DNA of 64,000 nt, taken from positions 1,364,001 through 1,428,000 of the forward strand of contig JAYWIR010000012.1 of the NCBI GenBank assembly GCA_036172245.1, given 5' to 3'. Within the stretch, counting starts at the first letter, position 1; every line of letters begins with the position of its first letter. Below the pieces are notes generated by a model. That model was not told where the DNA came from and ran no database searches. It saw only the letters and a program-made list of their open reading frames with translations. Made by a program: the position numbers and the translations under genes. Of the stretch, positions 24,300 through 47,455 are shown one piece after another. The DNA is from Raillietiella orientalis (Eukaryota).

Positions 24300-25900
24300 C
24301 ATGAAAGAAAAAAAAAATACTTGATCTCGAGATGGCCCCAGGTCGCGCTGACTTTTTTAAAACATGATTTTGGCTCCAGAGGCTGCATTTTGGACTTGAC
24401 GAGTCTCCTTGTCAAGAACAGTCCTGCCATCTGAATGAAATGCAGCAAAGTAAGGAACCGAGCACAGTCCCGCCGAAGAAGCTGTACTGGCATCCTTGGT
24501 TCATGATCAGTAAGCGCGGTAACGCAGAAATATTTCTGCAGCCTTTCCCCCTGCCCCCAAGGTCTCCCGGCCTCAGTCAAGAAACCAAAGCCACTGTGGA
24601 GGCCATTTCTCAAGCACTTGTATCTGCAAGCAGTCACAAATCGATGAACTGACACGAACTTCCTGGTTTTAACACGGTCAAGTTTGGGATAGGCAACTCT
24701 TCATAGGGCCCTCTAGTAAGTGCCCAGTCTGAAAGACTGTCATAAGGGATTTCGGTCAGATGAAACTGTGCTGGCTGTTCGTTGTAAGTGTCCATTCCTG
24801 GGTTCATCCGTTCTTCCTTTGTTATTTCCTAGAGACATTTCTGTCCTAGCTCCTTCGTCTGTCGATGCGCCAAGGGACAGGAATGTCCACTCTGTTCTTT
24901 GACGTATGAGCATCCTGAAATTTTTTCCTTCGCTGCCTCAGTGCCTCGCGCAGGTGAGAGGCTTCTTCACCGAACGCGAGGATCTCTTGGGCTTGCCCTC
25001 TCACAAGCGTAGAAAGGGATGAGGAGGGGGGGGGGGCCTTGTGAAAGCACAAAGACAGCTCCTGTCCGATTTTTTCTTCGTGTCCTTGAAAGATGCTTGG
25101 CACAAAGATTTCAATCTTGACCGCTGAATGATTTTTTTCCTCGCTTCTTCACTGGAGACCCATGTGGTTAGAGAGATGAAATGACTTTCATTCCAGCCAT
25201 CAGTTACTCCTGTGCTTTGAGTAGCGCTCGAGAACTGATCAAAGCAAAATGAATTTCCGCAACAAAAAAAAAACAAACGAAAAGTGTCGGCGAGATTTCA
25301 CGTACTGCGTCGCATGAGAAAAGATGGGGAAAAAAAGGACCTTGCGTTCCGCTAATTTGCAGAGGTGAGGGAGGGAAGGGGAGGGAAGGAGGAGTGATCC
25401 TGCCTCGGTTCAGCCTCGTTCGTGAAACGTAGCGTCCGCTGAACAGCAGGCACACAACCGACTCGTGGTGGCTCACGCACCTACGAAGCCAAAAGCCACA
25501 GTCAGGATAATCGTCGGGGACCTCGTGGAAGCACCTCGTATGGACCCGTAGCACAAGGACGGTAAAACGCGAGGTCAACCAAGATCGACAAATAAACGTG
25601 CGACCTTTCGGTTCACCTATCAGCTTTGGTCGAACGGGCTACCTACGCACATAAACGTGCTCCTTGGTCAAGTCGCTGGGGAAGGTAGGCGCGCGGTCCC
25701 CAGTGAAAGAATGGGGTTGCCAGCTGCGGATTTCGCACGCAGGAAGTGCACAGTGGCAAAAGCGGCTTCGTGCCATTGATGTAGGATGCATTCTCTTGGA
25801 GGATAATTCGGCATTCTGACCAGCTGGCTCCCTCCCTCTGAACGTATTCGTTGCAACTTCTTACCACGAAAGCACAGCAAAGGAGATCATTCACTTCGGG
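24300..25900 (-). mobile_element. Highly degenerate non-LTR RT fragment
   Basis: ASWSECRIIL (~25820; cf. WKxxRTILI), ILVDLAF (~25575; cf. VDLxKAF), RRCVSHHESVVCLLF (~25487-25440; cf. RGVxQGDPLSPLLF). Confidence 0.4.
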
Positions 25901-26520
25901 AGAGATCCCAGACTGTTGAAGTCACCTCACGGAAACTTCGCACCCAGCCGGATGGAAAGGATGCTGATGTTCACCGTTGATGCAAGCATCAAGAGACCTA
26001 GCCGAGCGAGCACCGCACCCAGAAGCCAAAGATCCACCAACGAAGCAACCATTAAAAAGTTTATCCACATGCTGTTGTTCCACATGTTAACCTTTTGCCC
26101 TTTTTTGATCTCCTGCTGACGCAAACGCGCTGTAAAGGTTCTCACATAAAACTACTAAATAATATACACATGTGCACACACACACAAATATATAAATAAA
26201 CATACGCGTACAATTCATAAAAGAAGAGCTTATATTCTGTATGAAATCATATATTATTCCAAAAGCTAAGTTCTTTTCCCAAAACTTCTTATAGAAATGG
26301 AAAACAGTATTTTGGGGGATATACAATATCTATATAAAAAAAACGCACACAAAAAACAACATTCATTACATCATCTCGGAATTCGTATCGACGCTAATTC
26401 CATCAAGATTCCTTTCGAATTCCATGGAGATGATGCTCAACAAGAAAGCAATTACTTTGCAGTCCATACACTGGGTAACCTCAATGAAGATAGCGAGTGA
26501 TCAAAAACAAGTGGCACCCA

Positions 26521-35063
<8,543 letters not shown>

Positions 35064-38000
35064 CTTGGCAGTTACAAACAGTTGCAATGCTTGCTGATAT
35101 TCACAGCAAACAGCACTTATGTGCTCAGCAAAAAGTTGTTACATTCTAGGTAACAATCAAATATCGTTTACAAGTTCTCTTGAAAAGCACCATACCTCAT
35201 AACAAACAGAACATTAAAAATGAGCAAACAGTAACATTAATATGATAGTCGATTTCATTATGCCAATGTTTCTTTTCGATTCCCAATATGTTAGAACAAA
35301 AGATGGATTTTAATTTCTGCACAGTTTTTCGATTTATTGTTTTCATACATCTGATTTGGGGAAGCTACAGTAAGGTGGGTACTTATTCCTGTAAGAAACG
35401 CATAGTCCCCAGGTCTGATGACGAATAAAGGGAAAACCTTATCATGGTATTACACTTAAGAGTTCAGAATTTATTACGAGTCCACAACATTCATTACACA
35501 TTGTTTTTTCTAGCCTATGACCGCAACACGAAAACACACAAGCACCCTCGGTTGAATGAATAATAGTAATAATCCACTGCATGTTACAACGAAACGAAAA
35601 CCTTCCGATTTTTTAGCAAAAGTTTGTCCTTTTTCGGCATTTTTTTTTTTTTTTTTTTTTCCTGTAAGCCATTCGTAATCGCGAACGTTTACTTGCTAAA
35701 TCTCAAAATTCAACATGTGATATCAGAAATTTTCTGCAATGTCACGACAAGCAGTTTTCACATTATGAAATAAATTCCAACTCTTATCTGAAGCAAATCC
35801 ATTCTAGCATTTCCCTGGGGATTTCCCACGAAAACACATACCACAAAACCAACGGCAGCGGAGCTACCCTTACACGGAAGTAAACCAAACTAATGATTCA
35901 TCAAAAAAGACTGAATTTACAGACCCATTTATGAGGTCAACACAGCACGACTCTCTCGGTCAGCTGAGAGGGGAAAGCAGCGGCGCTGTGATTTCGAAAC
36001 AATGAACTTTGGCAGCAGCAGCAGCACTTGTACAACCCTCCTCCACGGGTTTCCGTACAGAAGGGTTTCCTGATTGTACAATGGCGACACCCTGTCCGAA
36101 TCGTCGGTGTGAGATAAAAATGCATGCTTTAGAGTACGTTTTTCCGATTCCGAGGCACGGTCGTAGCTTTGGGATTTCGGGATTATTTTAAGATTGGCTA
36201 ATGGCTGAAAATAAAAAAAAGTCGTCTCCCAGAAGCAAAGTGCAGCAGCTTTCACATTGTGATGTTGTGTTTCCAGTAATGAAATCATAAAAACACACAC
36301 CCAAACACACAACAAACCTTCCCTTCAAAATGAACGAGAAGATGTCACGAACCATAGCACTTTCGTTGGGATGCTCCGTTCAGGAGCTAGGTAGGAAAAG
36401 AGAGAGAGAGAAAAAAAAAAAGCCTGTGTACTCTACCAAATGTATACATATGTGTACTTTGAAGAGGATTCCCAGCAAGAATGAATTCATCAAAAAAGTT
36501 CGGCGCTCGGTCAGCGGCCACAAAGGAAAACAGAGAGAAAAACAAAGCATCAAGACAATTTTTCTTGGGATGGGGAGGGAGAGACTCCCCAGTCTCTCCC
36601 CATCCCGAGAAACGATGTGCTCAGGCTCTCATTTAGCCTCATCAGTAGGAAACTAAAAGTGGCGTATGGGAAAATTCAGCTTCGTCTGTCTTGCTTCTTT
36701 AGATGAGTGGACCGTTTCACTGCTTGCTGGAGTGGCGGTTACCATGTGTGCTTACAGCAGGAAAAGCAAGTGTGGTGGAAATCCCTTTCCTCAAAAGTGT
36801 ACAAGTGGCCACATTTCCTGCTGACAATGATGGCAAACAGAGTCATTTACAGTGGAAAAGCAAAGCAGAACGTTGGTGTTGCAGAGGGCGGATGCCAGGT
36901 GTTTCGTGGCGATCCGTGGATACCACGTTCTCAAACCACAGAAATCGTCCATTCGTCCTTAGTTGTTTTCTTCCATGCATTGTAAATGACCACTTTTTAT
37001 ACCACTTCGTACTTACAGTTGAATTTGCAAACCCACCAGTAGGCACATCATGCTGATAAAATAAAGCATGGCGGAATCCTCAGTGGTTCAGATACGTATT
37101 CAGAATCAAATTTGATCTCCAATCATTTTAAAATGGAAAAAAAAAAAAACAAAAAAACTTCCAGCTACATTACTGGTTCTATGTGCATGTGAACAAACAC
37201 TGCATGGGAGCACAAAGCGTAATTCAACAAGTTGAAAAGAAAAACAAACTGAGATCGACTTTTAACTGAAACATCTAAGCGAACGACGGTCTCATAACAA
37301 GTGGTAAAATATCGATATAAACTGCATAGAGTGCTCTTCTACTTTTCCATCTATTTACCACGTCACAGTTTTTAGAATCTGAGCATTTTTATTTTATGCA
37401 GGAGGAATCGTCTGGGAAAAGCATAGGAGACACTCTTCCCTTTTGCTATCAAAGTCATCAGACTGCTTTAAGACATGGTTCCATCTTCCTCCTCATCGAC
37501 CAAGAATATAAAGTAAAAAGTCCGCTGTGAAGGACACACTGTTACGAATTGCTGTAAACTTATTGTGTGTTTGTCATCAGAAATTGTCTTGGAGAAGGGC
37601 CACTGAGAATCATCACCAACGTCGAAAACAGGCGTCATCAATTAAGCGGTGGAAACGAACGGTGCACTAATTATTTTAATTCATTTCTTCGATCATCGCA
37701 AGATCACTTGGGATAAATGAAAAAAAAAAAAAAAAGCGGCTGTTGCCGTTATGCTGAAATGTGCCGAGTTCGAAAAGGAGTGGTCTCGACACCCTACCAT
37801 ACCTTAAAGTACGTTTTCTTCAGAACGGGGGGGGGGGGGGAGGGGATGGTTTTGAACAGCGACCTATCTCTGGGAACAGGGAACCTTCAAACATTTTGCC
37901 CTCCGAATCGCTCACCCAGCAAGCATTCAACTCTGTTCTGGGAAAACTGCCTGGAAATTCAACACCCGTATTTTCGAAATGCGGGCAGAGGATTTTTTAA

Positions 38001-39399
38001 TTGCATCCATAAGCATCACAGAGAGTAATCACTATCAAGAGGAACCCAGTGTGTATTAAACCTGCTCGAATGGATAAGTAATCATCATTTCAAGAGGAAA
38101 GAGCCTGGATACTTGTTGAGCAATAGATAGCAAGTATTTTATCATTTTCTCACAAACCGAGAAAGACGAAAATTTTCCAGTTGGAAACCCAACTCGGGCT
38201 TTTGAGGGAACGGTCAGGTTGACAAAGCAACGGATCAGAAGGAATCCAGGGAGCAAAGAAAAAATCTCAATCCAAGGGTTTTTCTATATTTTGTCTTTTT
38301 CTTTCGGAATATCTGCATGGCACACGAGACATTTTGTGTGAAAAGAGACAGAAGGCTCATTTCCGTGCCGTTCGGCGTATTTTATCTACATGAAGGCAAA
38401 ATCAAAAAAAAAAAAAACCGCCCCATTTCAACGTCACGACTTCAACCGAAAGCTTTTCCTTCCTGAATGGATAGAAATAGTTACCAATCTGTAATTTTAC
38501 AGGATCGAACATGGAATGCCTTGAAACGTTTTGGTGATTAAAAAACAAAATATTGCAAGCTCTTTCATTTCAGAAGAATTACAGGACAATGAAACTACCT
38601 TATAGTAACTTATTTTTATAGTAACTTATCTTCTTATAGCGACTGAAGATTTCGTAGGGTACGGTACATTCCGCAACGAACCCCATGAGAACTTCAGAAG
38701 TGCCAGCCGTCTTGCTTTTGAATTTATCGACTTGATAGCAAGAGATGTTCGCATCTAGTTGATTTTAACACTTACTCAGCTGGGAAAAATCGGTGTCTTT
38801 TTTGTGTGTGTTCAGAGTTTTTGTGGTACATCCATTTGGCTTGATGCACACGAGGGCACACAATATGCGTTCTCCTGTTCTTTGCAACTGCAGTTCCAAG
38901 TGATTCATGGAATCGATTCAGTACAGTTTCAATAGCTTCACACCTGAATAGGCACGCAGCTATTGAGAAAATGCGCAAGATTATCCATGTATGTAATTTT
39001 TAGTGCTTCTCGAAGCCTACGTAGAAGCCATGCGCAAAAGCAGACATACCCACCTCCAGCGGGTCCCGAGTACACATTTGTGCTATTTCAAAAGAGAGCT
39101 TGGATTTCCATTCTAATGATGACACAGGTGATTCCTTATTATCTTCAGTGTTTATCTTTTGACTCATATTCGTGGCGGTAAATCATCACGATTTTTGTGG
39201 TGGCCAAGCAACTTGTTTCCGTGCCGAAAAGCACCGACAAAACGCAACGAATGATTCGGTGCAGATATTCACAAAATTAATTCTTGGTCTCTCTCGCACT
39301 ACGAACGTGTCTTTCTTGCCTTCTACTATCACTCTTTTTCTTTTCGCAGTACCATAAGTATGCTTATTGTACACCGAGACGCCTCATTTCTGTTTGTAA

Positions 39400-41700
39400 A
39401 ATTCCTTCTGCCTGGTGGCATGGATGATGGAATGTTCATTTTGGCAAAGCGAAAATCTGACGCGCAGTGTACCGGCAGTGAGACAGTCGGGTTGCGAATC
39501 TTCACCTTTCTTTCGAAAAATGCAAAGGGCACGAAGGACCTTAGAGAACGCGAAGTTTTCTCCAGACAGACCGAGGCTGCTCTCGAGAGTGGCGTTCTCT
39601 TGGAAACCAGAAAATAACAGATACGTTCACCTGCTGCATCATCAAGTCCTCGTGGTCCATTCGCCTGAAAGAGATTTGTTGATTGTTCAGAAACCATTGC
39701 TTTCGGATCGACAAGGAGCGTCGTGGATTCTGAAGCTTTTGAAGCTGAATTCTTCTGAAGATGGTCACGTAAGTTACTACTGAAGAAGAATCCGTTGTGT
39801 GATCTCTGGAATTCTCACATTCAACGAGATTTGTCGAGCATTGTGGAGATGTCTACCGGCGAAGATTGCATAGAATTTTCGCTTTCGCGCTTTCTTCCTG
39901 TTCTTCTTTTGGCTTTGGCTGGACCACAATAAGAAGTGAACTTTCGCGGAAGAATCACAGTGGCATTTGAGGACTGCAGCTCTTGCTATCAAGCCGGGCA
40001 ATGCAATGAAGGCACTCAACACGTGCAAGCAATCAGCGAAAACACTAGCAAAGTTTTGAGGCGCAGTGTTCAGTGGGGTTCATTCACGGCCAACACAGGA
40101 AGTAGCCAGAGGACAAATCAACCGTTCGGTCCGTCTTCCATTAGAGAACGAAGAGCTGGCAGAAGCAGAACGAAGCCGCTGGACATTTCGCAATGCTGCA
40201 ACAAATGATATGCGAGACAGTGTCGGTCTTGAAACCGAGATTGCTGGTACCGATGCAAGTTCTTGAGAACAGGGCGTTGTGATGAAGCAATCAGGGTTTT
40301 GCTCGTTCGAGGATCTCCGGCGGGACACAGCTGCTTTCTCAGCTTGGAACGGAAAGGAAGCGGAAAGAGAATCTTCCAAGATACGCGCAGCGACGGAAGG
40401 CGGAAACTCCAACCACCCAACTTCGAGCTGCCAATCTGGAACGGAAATTTCCTCTTCATCCAAGCATCTCCTCATCCTACGCCGCTCACATCAGTGCTTC
40501 TTCTTTGGTTAAATCGGTCCAGGAGTCCGGCAGACGTTGCTGAGGCAATCAACAGAAGGATCGGAGAAATTGCTGTAGCCCAAGGGTGACTTCCGGTGCT
40601 GCCTTCACTCTTTCCTAGCGGGTCCTGCTATCGTCGCCATCTCTTCCCCATTCGCACTCGCCCCACAAACGCGAGTGCGTTCGAGGCCGGAGCGCTTCCT
40701 CCAACTGGGAAGTGGTGAACTGAGTCTCCTCTCTTTTCCGGAATTGGGTGGATGCTGGGATGAAACGACGTGATGAGAGAGGAAGGGAGAGGAAGGAGTG
40801 GTTTCCGTTTCTGAAGCACTGCTCTCTGTCGATGGCCCCAGCTCCGTGCGCCACTCCGTTATTTCGGCATTCACGGCATAGCCCTTGGATCTCTTTCTCA
40901 CGTCGTCCATCCTCCTTAGAGATACTTCACCCCACTGACATCTTGCTTTTTTTTTCTTCAACGGAATGCCTTGGGAGCTTCGGATATCCCAGAGCAAACG
41001 GAGCTTCTGTTTTTTCACCCAGTTCTCTGTGGTCCATTTGAAGGACAACATTCGCTCTGTAGCTCCACTCTAGTTCCCTTCCACATAGCTCTTCTATCGA
41101 GCTCCAGCTCATCTGCATCGCGTTCACATGTCTCCGCCAATAGCCAGCCTCAGGTCTCAGAGCCTGCAGACCGGAGCATCGCCGCGGTTTTTCTTGGAAG
41201 TGAGGTCATTCCGACTTGTCCCTCGATCTCAAGGCTGGTGGCTTGCCTGGAGACCAGTGTGAGCCACGACGTTCGGAGAAGAATCTTTGGCCCGATCTTT
41301 TTTCTCTTTTTTGCCATTTCCAGCTCCTCCCGTCCTGCTGCATTCCGGAATGGTGACTTCACTTTTCCCGGAAACTCCCGGCAAACGTGCGGTTCCGCTG
41401 GTCGAGAGCCGTCGGGTGCCGTAATCTCAGCCTCATTGGCTTTGTGCACACGTGTCGGTGTACGCTGTCCCGGAACTCGATACACCGCGCCGTGCGACTC
41501 GGGAAACCCAACACGCGATCCAACCAGCCCGCGGGCCCCACTTCGCCTCTCGGGTAGACGTCGCACTGCCCGGTCGCTTCCGCTGCCAACGAGCCGCATC
41601 GGAGGGTGAACAAAACGCAGCCTGCAATGCGCTTGCGCAAGATCGGTCCTGCGTGATGTGCGATGCATTAATCAGCGTAGGTTTCCGTTACAGGATGCCG
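39400..41700 (-). mobile_element. Possible highly degenerate RLE-type retroelement
   Basis: GC-richer block. ORF 39541..39768(-) QWFLN...FPRERHSREQPRSVWRKLR resembles the NxWL...PTRxxxxR...CR stretch that precedes the CCHC motif. Confidence 0.3.
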
Positions 41701-44700
41701 CGGGGAAGTGCGTTCCCGTCAGCCCTTATTCCTTGCTGCGCGCGTGGGTGCGTACCGTGGGAATTACGTGTGGGTCCACTTCTGGTATTCCTTCGTGGAC
41801 ATCTTTTCGTACACTTGGTAGGAAGAAAAGAAAAAACGCTGTTGTGTTTGTTTGCTTCCCATCTCGAGACGGCTTTCAATTCTGGAACGTGTCGGATTCA
41901 GTGCTTAGCTGTTTCGTCAACAGCTCACAGAGGAGCAAAGCTCTCAAGAGACAGCACGAGGTTGTTTTCGTGCCATCGAAATCCTTTGTAGAAGCTCAGG
42001 AGATAAAGTGAAGCGAAAGGGGGTGGAATGTCGGAATCCACGGATGAGCTGTTTCTCATTCGATAGGTGAGGCAGAAGCAGCACCGTGGTTACGAAAATT
42101 ATAACGACGAAATAGATCAAATGTCGTCCTTCGAAAATGAAAGAACGCATGATTTTTGGAAACAGGAGCCTGCACTTGCATTGCAAGCAGCCACGATCCC
42201 TCTCTTTTTGTTTTCCAAAAGACCGAAAGAGAGAGAGAATCCAAACCACCAGACATTAGAAGACGTGGTCTTATATCGTCCATGTGGTAAAAACCGGATG
42301 GGTGAATCTGGGAAAACAACCAAGAAACGTCAAAATGAAACGATAAAAGGAGAATTCCACACAATCCAGGGATTACAAAACTGAGGAGTCACGAAGGAAA
42401 AACGATAACGGAACGCCTCCAAATGGTATTACGGTTTTCAAGCAACCTGCCATAAGTAGACAGGCTCAGAGTGAAAGAATCGAGGATTAAGTAGTAACAT
42501 TACCAAATTCGATTAATGATGATTGTGCACTGAATTATTATCGATCAATTTTCAAATTGTACCGTGCATCCACTTACACAAAGCCGGTACAATTAGAAAT
42601 CGCTTAGATATCAGTGTGACCAGCAATATCTCTCCTTGGTGTCACAGTCCTCCACAGGAGAGCATGGAGGGATCGAAAGAGACGATGGAAACATAAAGAA
42701 AAATGAAGGAAAAAAAATTGTGTTTGAATTAGGAGGAGGAACGGAAAACTGCTCACGAGGAGGTGTAAGAAGGGTTCCGTTTAACTTGCACTTTCAACTT
42801 TACTAGATTCAGTGACAACTGGTGTAATCCTACAATCCTGTTCAACTAGAAGAAATGATTCATCGGAGAAGATTCCATTAAGAATGTTCCAAGGGTAGCA
42901 CTGGGCACACCATCTTAAAAATGATGCCTTTGTTTCCGTGGAAGACCTTCACCACTTTAAGGAAAATTTGCCATCTTTCTTGAACCATTTGTGGTAGCTT
43001 GTCATTCTATGCTGAGATCCAGGATGTTAAAGAGGATTTCGAACTGGTATCTGCCATCCCTTATTCAAGTAATGGAAACTGATAGGTGAGATGTCACGGT
43101 GTTAAGCCTTACGATTCGTTTTCCAAGAGACACAGAGAATATTTTATCAAAAACTGAAAATTTAGAAACGATAAGGAATGCCGCTGTAGAAACTTTATGC
43201 GGGCTGATGTAATTTGGTTCATTCAATGCAGATAGCTTATTCTGCTGTGACGATTTTAGAGTAATTGCATTCAGAACTGTAAAAGTTGATGGCAAATGCT
43301 ACCCTGAAAAGGGTTATGCTTTTCATCATGCCATAATAATAAAATCAACGACACTTCATAAATGGTGCAAAGTAGAACCAAGTGATACTTCACTCATTTT
43401 AGAGTAGCATTTATTCGGTCCAGAAATTTAGAATGCAATATGTAACATCTCCAAATGAATATTAGCTGTTGGTCTGCAGAAACAAGCCGTGTGAGGCTGA
43501 AAGGAAATCACACAACTGCGCGACATTCTTTTAGCACTTGGAAGAGACTCAAAGCAACATGAACATAATATAAATTTAAAAGATTTCTGCTACTTACAAA
43601 GCAATAAATATGGAGTGGTAAACAATTAAATGGCCATATTAAAATGCTTAGGGAAGTAAGGAAATATCCTTTGATTCCAATATTGAAGCTGTCCTTTTTT
43701 ACCTGATCAGTTTTAATTAATACAACACATTTCTCAGTATCCTAATTCAGTTTATTACCTGCAAAGTCATCATTCTGGAGTTTACCTCCACACATCAGAA
43801 AAGAATCCAATGTAATCAGTTTGAAAGCATATCATTTCATAAAAGTTGATTATTAGACGATAAAGGCTTTTTATGCTTGGGGCAGTGACATTTCGATAGA
43901 TTTTAATTTCTAATCACATGTGAGACACATACAGGAGGTAGATGTACTGGAATAAACTATTTTAAATTTCATTTCTTCATTGCTTTTTATGTTGTCCTCT
44001 TATCAGTAAAAAAAAAAAAGGGCAGACGAGTCGATGAATGCAACAGTTAGCCAGAAAGAAATGGTTTCAAATAGGTAAGAGAAAAAAAAGTAACAAAATA
44101 TAAAAGAAAACTTAAAGTTGGTTCATATGAGACATCCGTTAGATAACTTTTTCGGAAACAAAATTCCTTTTTAGGATATTAAGATAAACATAATTCAGAA
44201 TTTAATACTAGTGCATTATTATATTTTATTCATCTATTGGAAATTTAATCCATTCAATAGAAAATTTTCATCCTTCAAAAATGAATTCATAGTGGATCTG
44301 CTTACTAAATTAATCACAAGTGAAGATCAACAGTGTCTATTAATTCATTATTTTCGGAAACAAAGCATCGATTTCTTATTATTTGTTTCCACCTTCTATT
44401 TGCAAATTTCCTCTTTCTATGAACATTGCTCTTCGCATTCGCATAGGCGACTGTTTTTTACGTTAAAAAAGATGTGAAATACATCTAGGGAATTTTAGTA
44501 GTTTCATCTATTCATCAGTCTTTACTAATGGACAAATGAAACCTTACAGACCTTAAAGAAACTCACACGACTGCGCGAAATTCGTCTAACACTAAGGGAT
44601 GCAGACCTCACCAATACGTTCGAATTAAAAAAATCAATATATCTTTGGAGAAATACTATTTACAAACAACGCAATGAGTTTTATTCTACTCTTGTTTGCT

Positions 44701-46122
44701 TCATTCTGTATCTAATATAATTTGATTTCAAGAAAGGAAAAATACTGAACTTATCATCACATCAGAGAGATGTCACAGGAAACCAGAAGTCACAAATATT
44801 TCAAAGGACAGTGTAAAAGGAAACAAACCGACTCAGTTGTTTTTATTTTTTTCATTTTGCTTTTTTAATCATTTGAAATCAGAATTCTCAAACCATTTTT
44901 CTTTAAGAACATTTGTTAGCAGCTTCCAAAAATAGCCCATGAGAATTACATGAAACAAATTCATTACTTCTAGGCTGTTTTCCCTTGCAGATATATATTT
45001 AGTAAAAATGAATGACCAGTTTTGTGAGGAAACTTTTAATAAGATCTCATTCAGTAAAGTGTTCTGTGTATGTTAAAATATTTTAGCATGTTGTAAACAA
45101 GCGAAGATATTCGAGATTTTGTATTTTCCGCAAAGATTCATCTGAAACTATAATTAGGTTATCTATCAGATTATCCTTGGAAATGCAAAGTTTATTGATT
45201 ATTGGTATATAGATGTGGTAATCCTTCAAGTAGTTTGAAGTTTTCACTTTAGTGAAAAGCCGTCTTGGCCTTTGTTTGTGCTCGATCAAAGATTTCAAGA
45301 AACTGTGCACTGTATTGATATTGTGTTCATTTGCCTTTTTTGATGATTTTGCTACTTTCCTATTTCCAACAGTAAATTTTGTATTCTTGCATTGTTCATT
45401 CCACGCTCAGCTTAAACTTCCCCAAATAAGATCCATTAATGTTTTACACGTTTTATTTGAGCAATATCAGTTTCTTAATGCTGAGAGAGCCACTGTTCTG
45501 AGTAAATATTGCAGGGATGCATACATTTTTTCAAATTCGGAAATTAGAGTATTGTCTTGGATAGAACAGATCCCACGTAATTGAATGTGTATCATGTGAT
45601 GGAGTTTTTGTGGCAAGATAAGGAGTTATGAGGGGTCATTGCAGTTTTCATTTGAAAGCTGATGTGTGAAATAATTTGAGAGTTCATTTTTACATTAATC
45701 AAGAGTTCAGATGAAGAAACTCATCATTTAAATTACCAGTGAAAACAAATTCCATTTATGTTGTACTCTAAGCATCGACACAGGGAACTTTATATATTTT
45801 TTCTGCTTTAATGTGTGTCTCACAAAAATTCTCAAGGAGGTGCTTTCAAACTCAGTAATTTTAATAGCTTTAATAGTTCAAAATGGTTTAATTGTTTAGC
45901 TTCACAGTTCTATTAGTTCAAAAGCTTGCTATAATTTCATACTTGGGAAAAAGGGTATAGGTGTACATTTTAGATGCATGAATTCTTTATTGGCAAATGT
46001 CTCTATGAATTTTGTGAACTTGAGTATTCATATGAAAATCAATTGCTTTTGGGTTAGTTCTCATTCAGATGTTGATTCAAGTAATGATAGTATCAATGAA
46101 ATTACTGAGTTGAAAAAATTCC

Positions 46123-47455
<1,333 letters not shown>

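Noticed and set aside
35411..35440. Hammerhead ribozyme core (CTGATGA...GAAA)
   Set aside because: No stem II pairing, and the flanks do not form stems I and III with a cleavage triplet.
38601..38632. Short tandem duplication tatagtaacttat x2
   Set aside because: Consistent with ordinary slippage; no further structure.
45885..45893. SL1-like GGTTTAATT upstream of rpn-11
   Set aside because: Only 9 nt match; the rest of the leader, the donor site and an Sm site are absent.
43300..45950. AT-rich block as a third gene or an APE-type LINE
   Set aside because: Stops in all frames, no consistent exon chain, and only a faint TGNLN (GDFN-like) hint.
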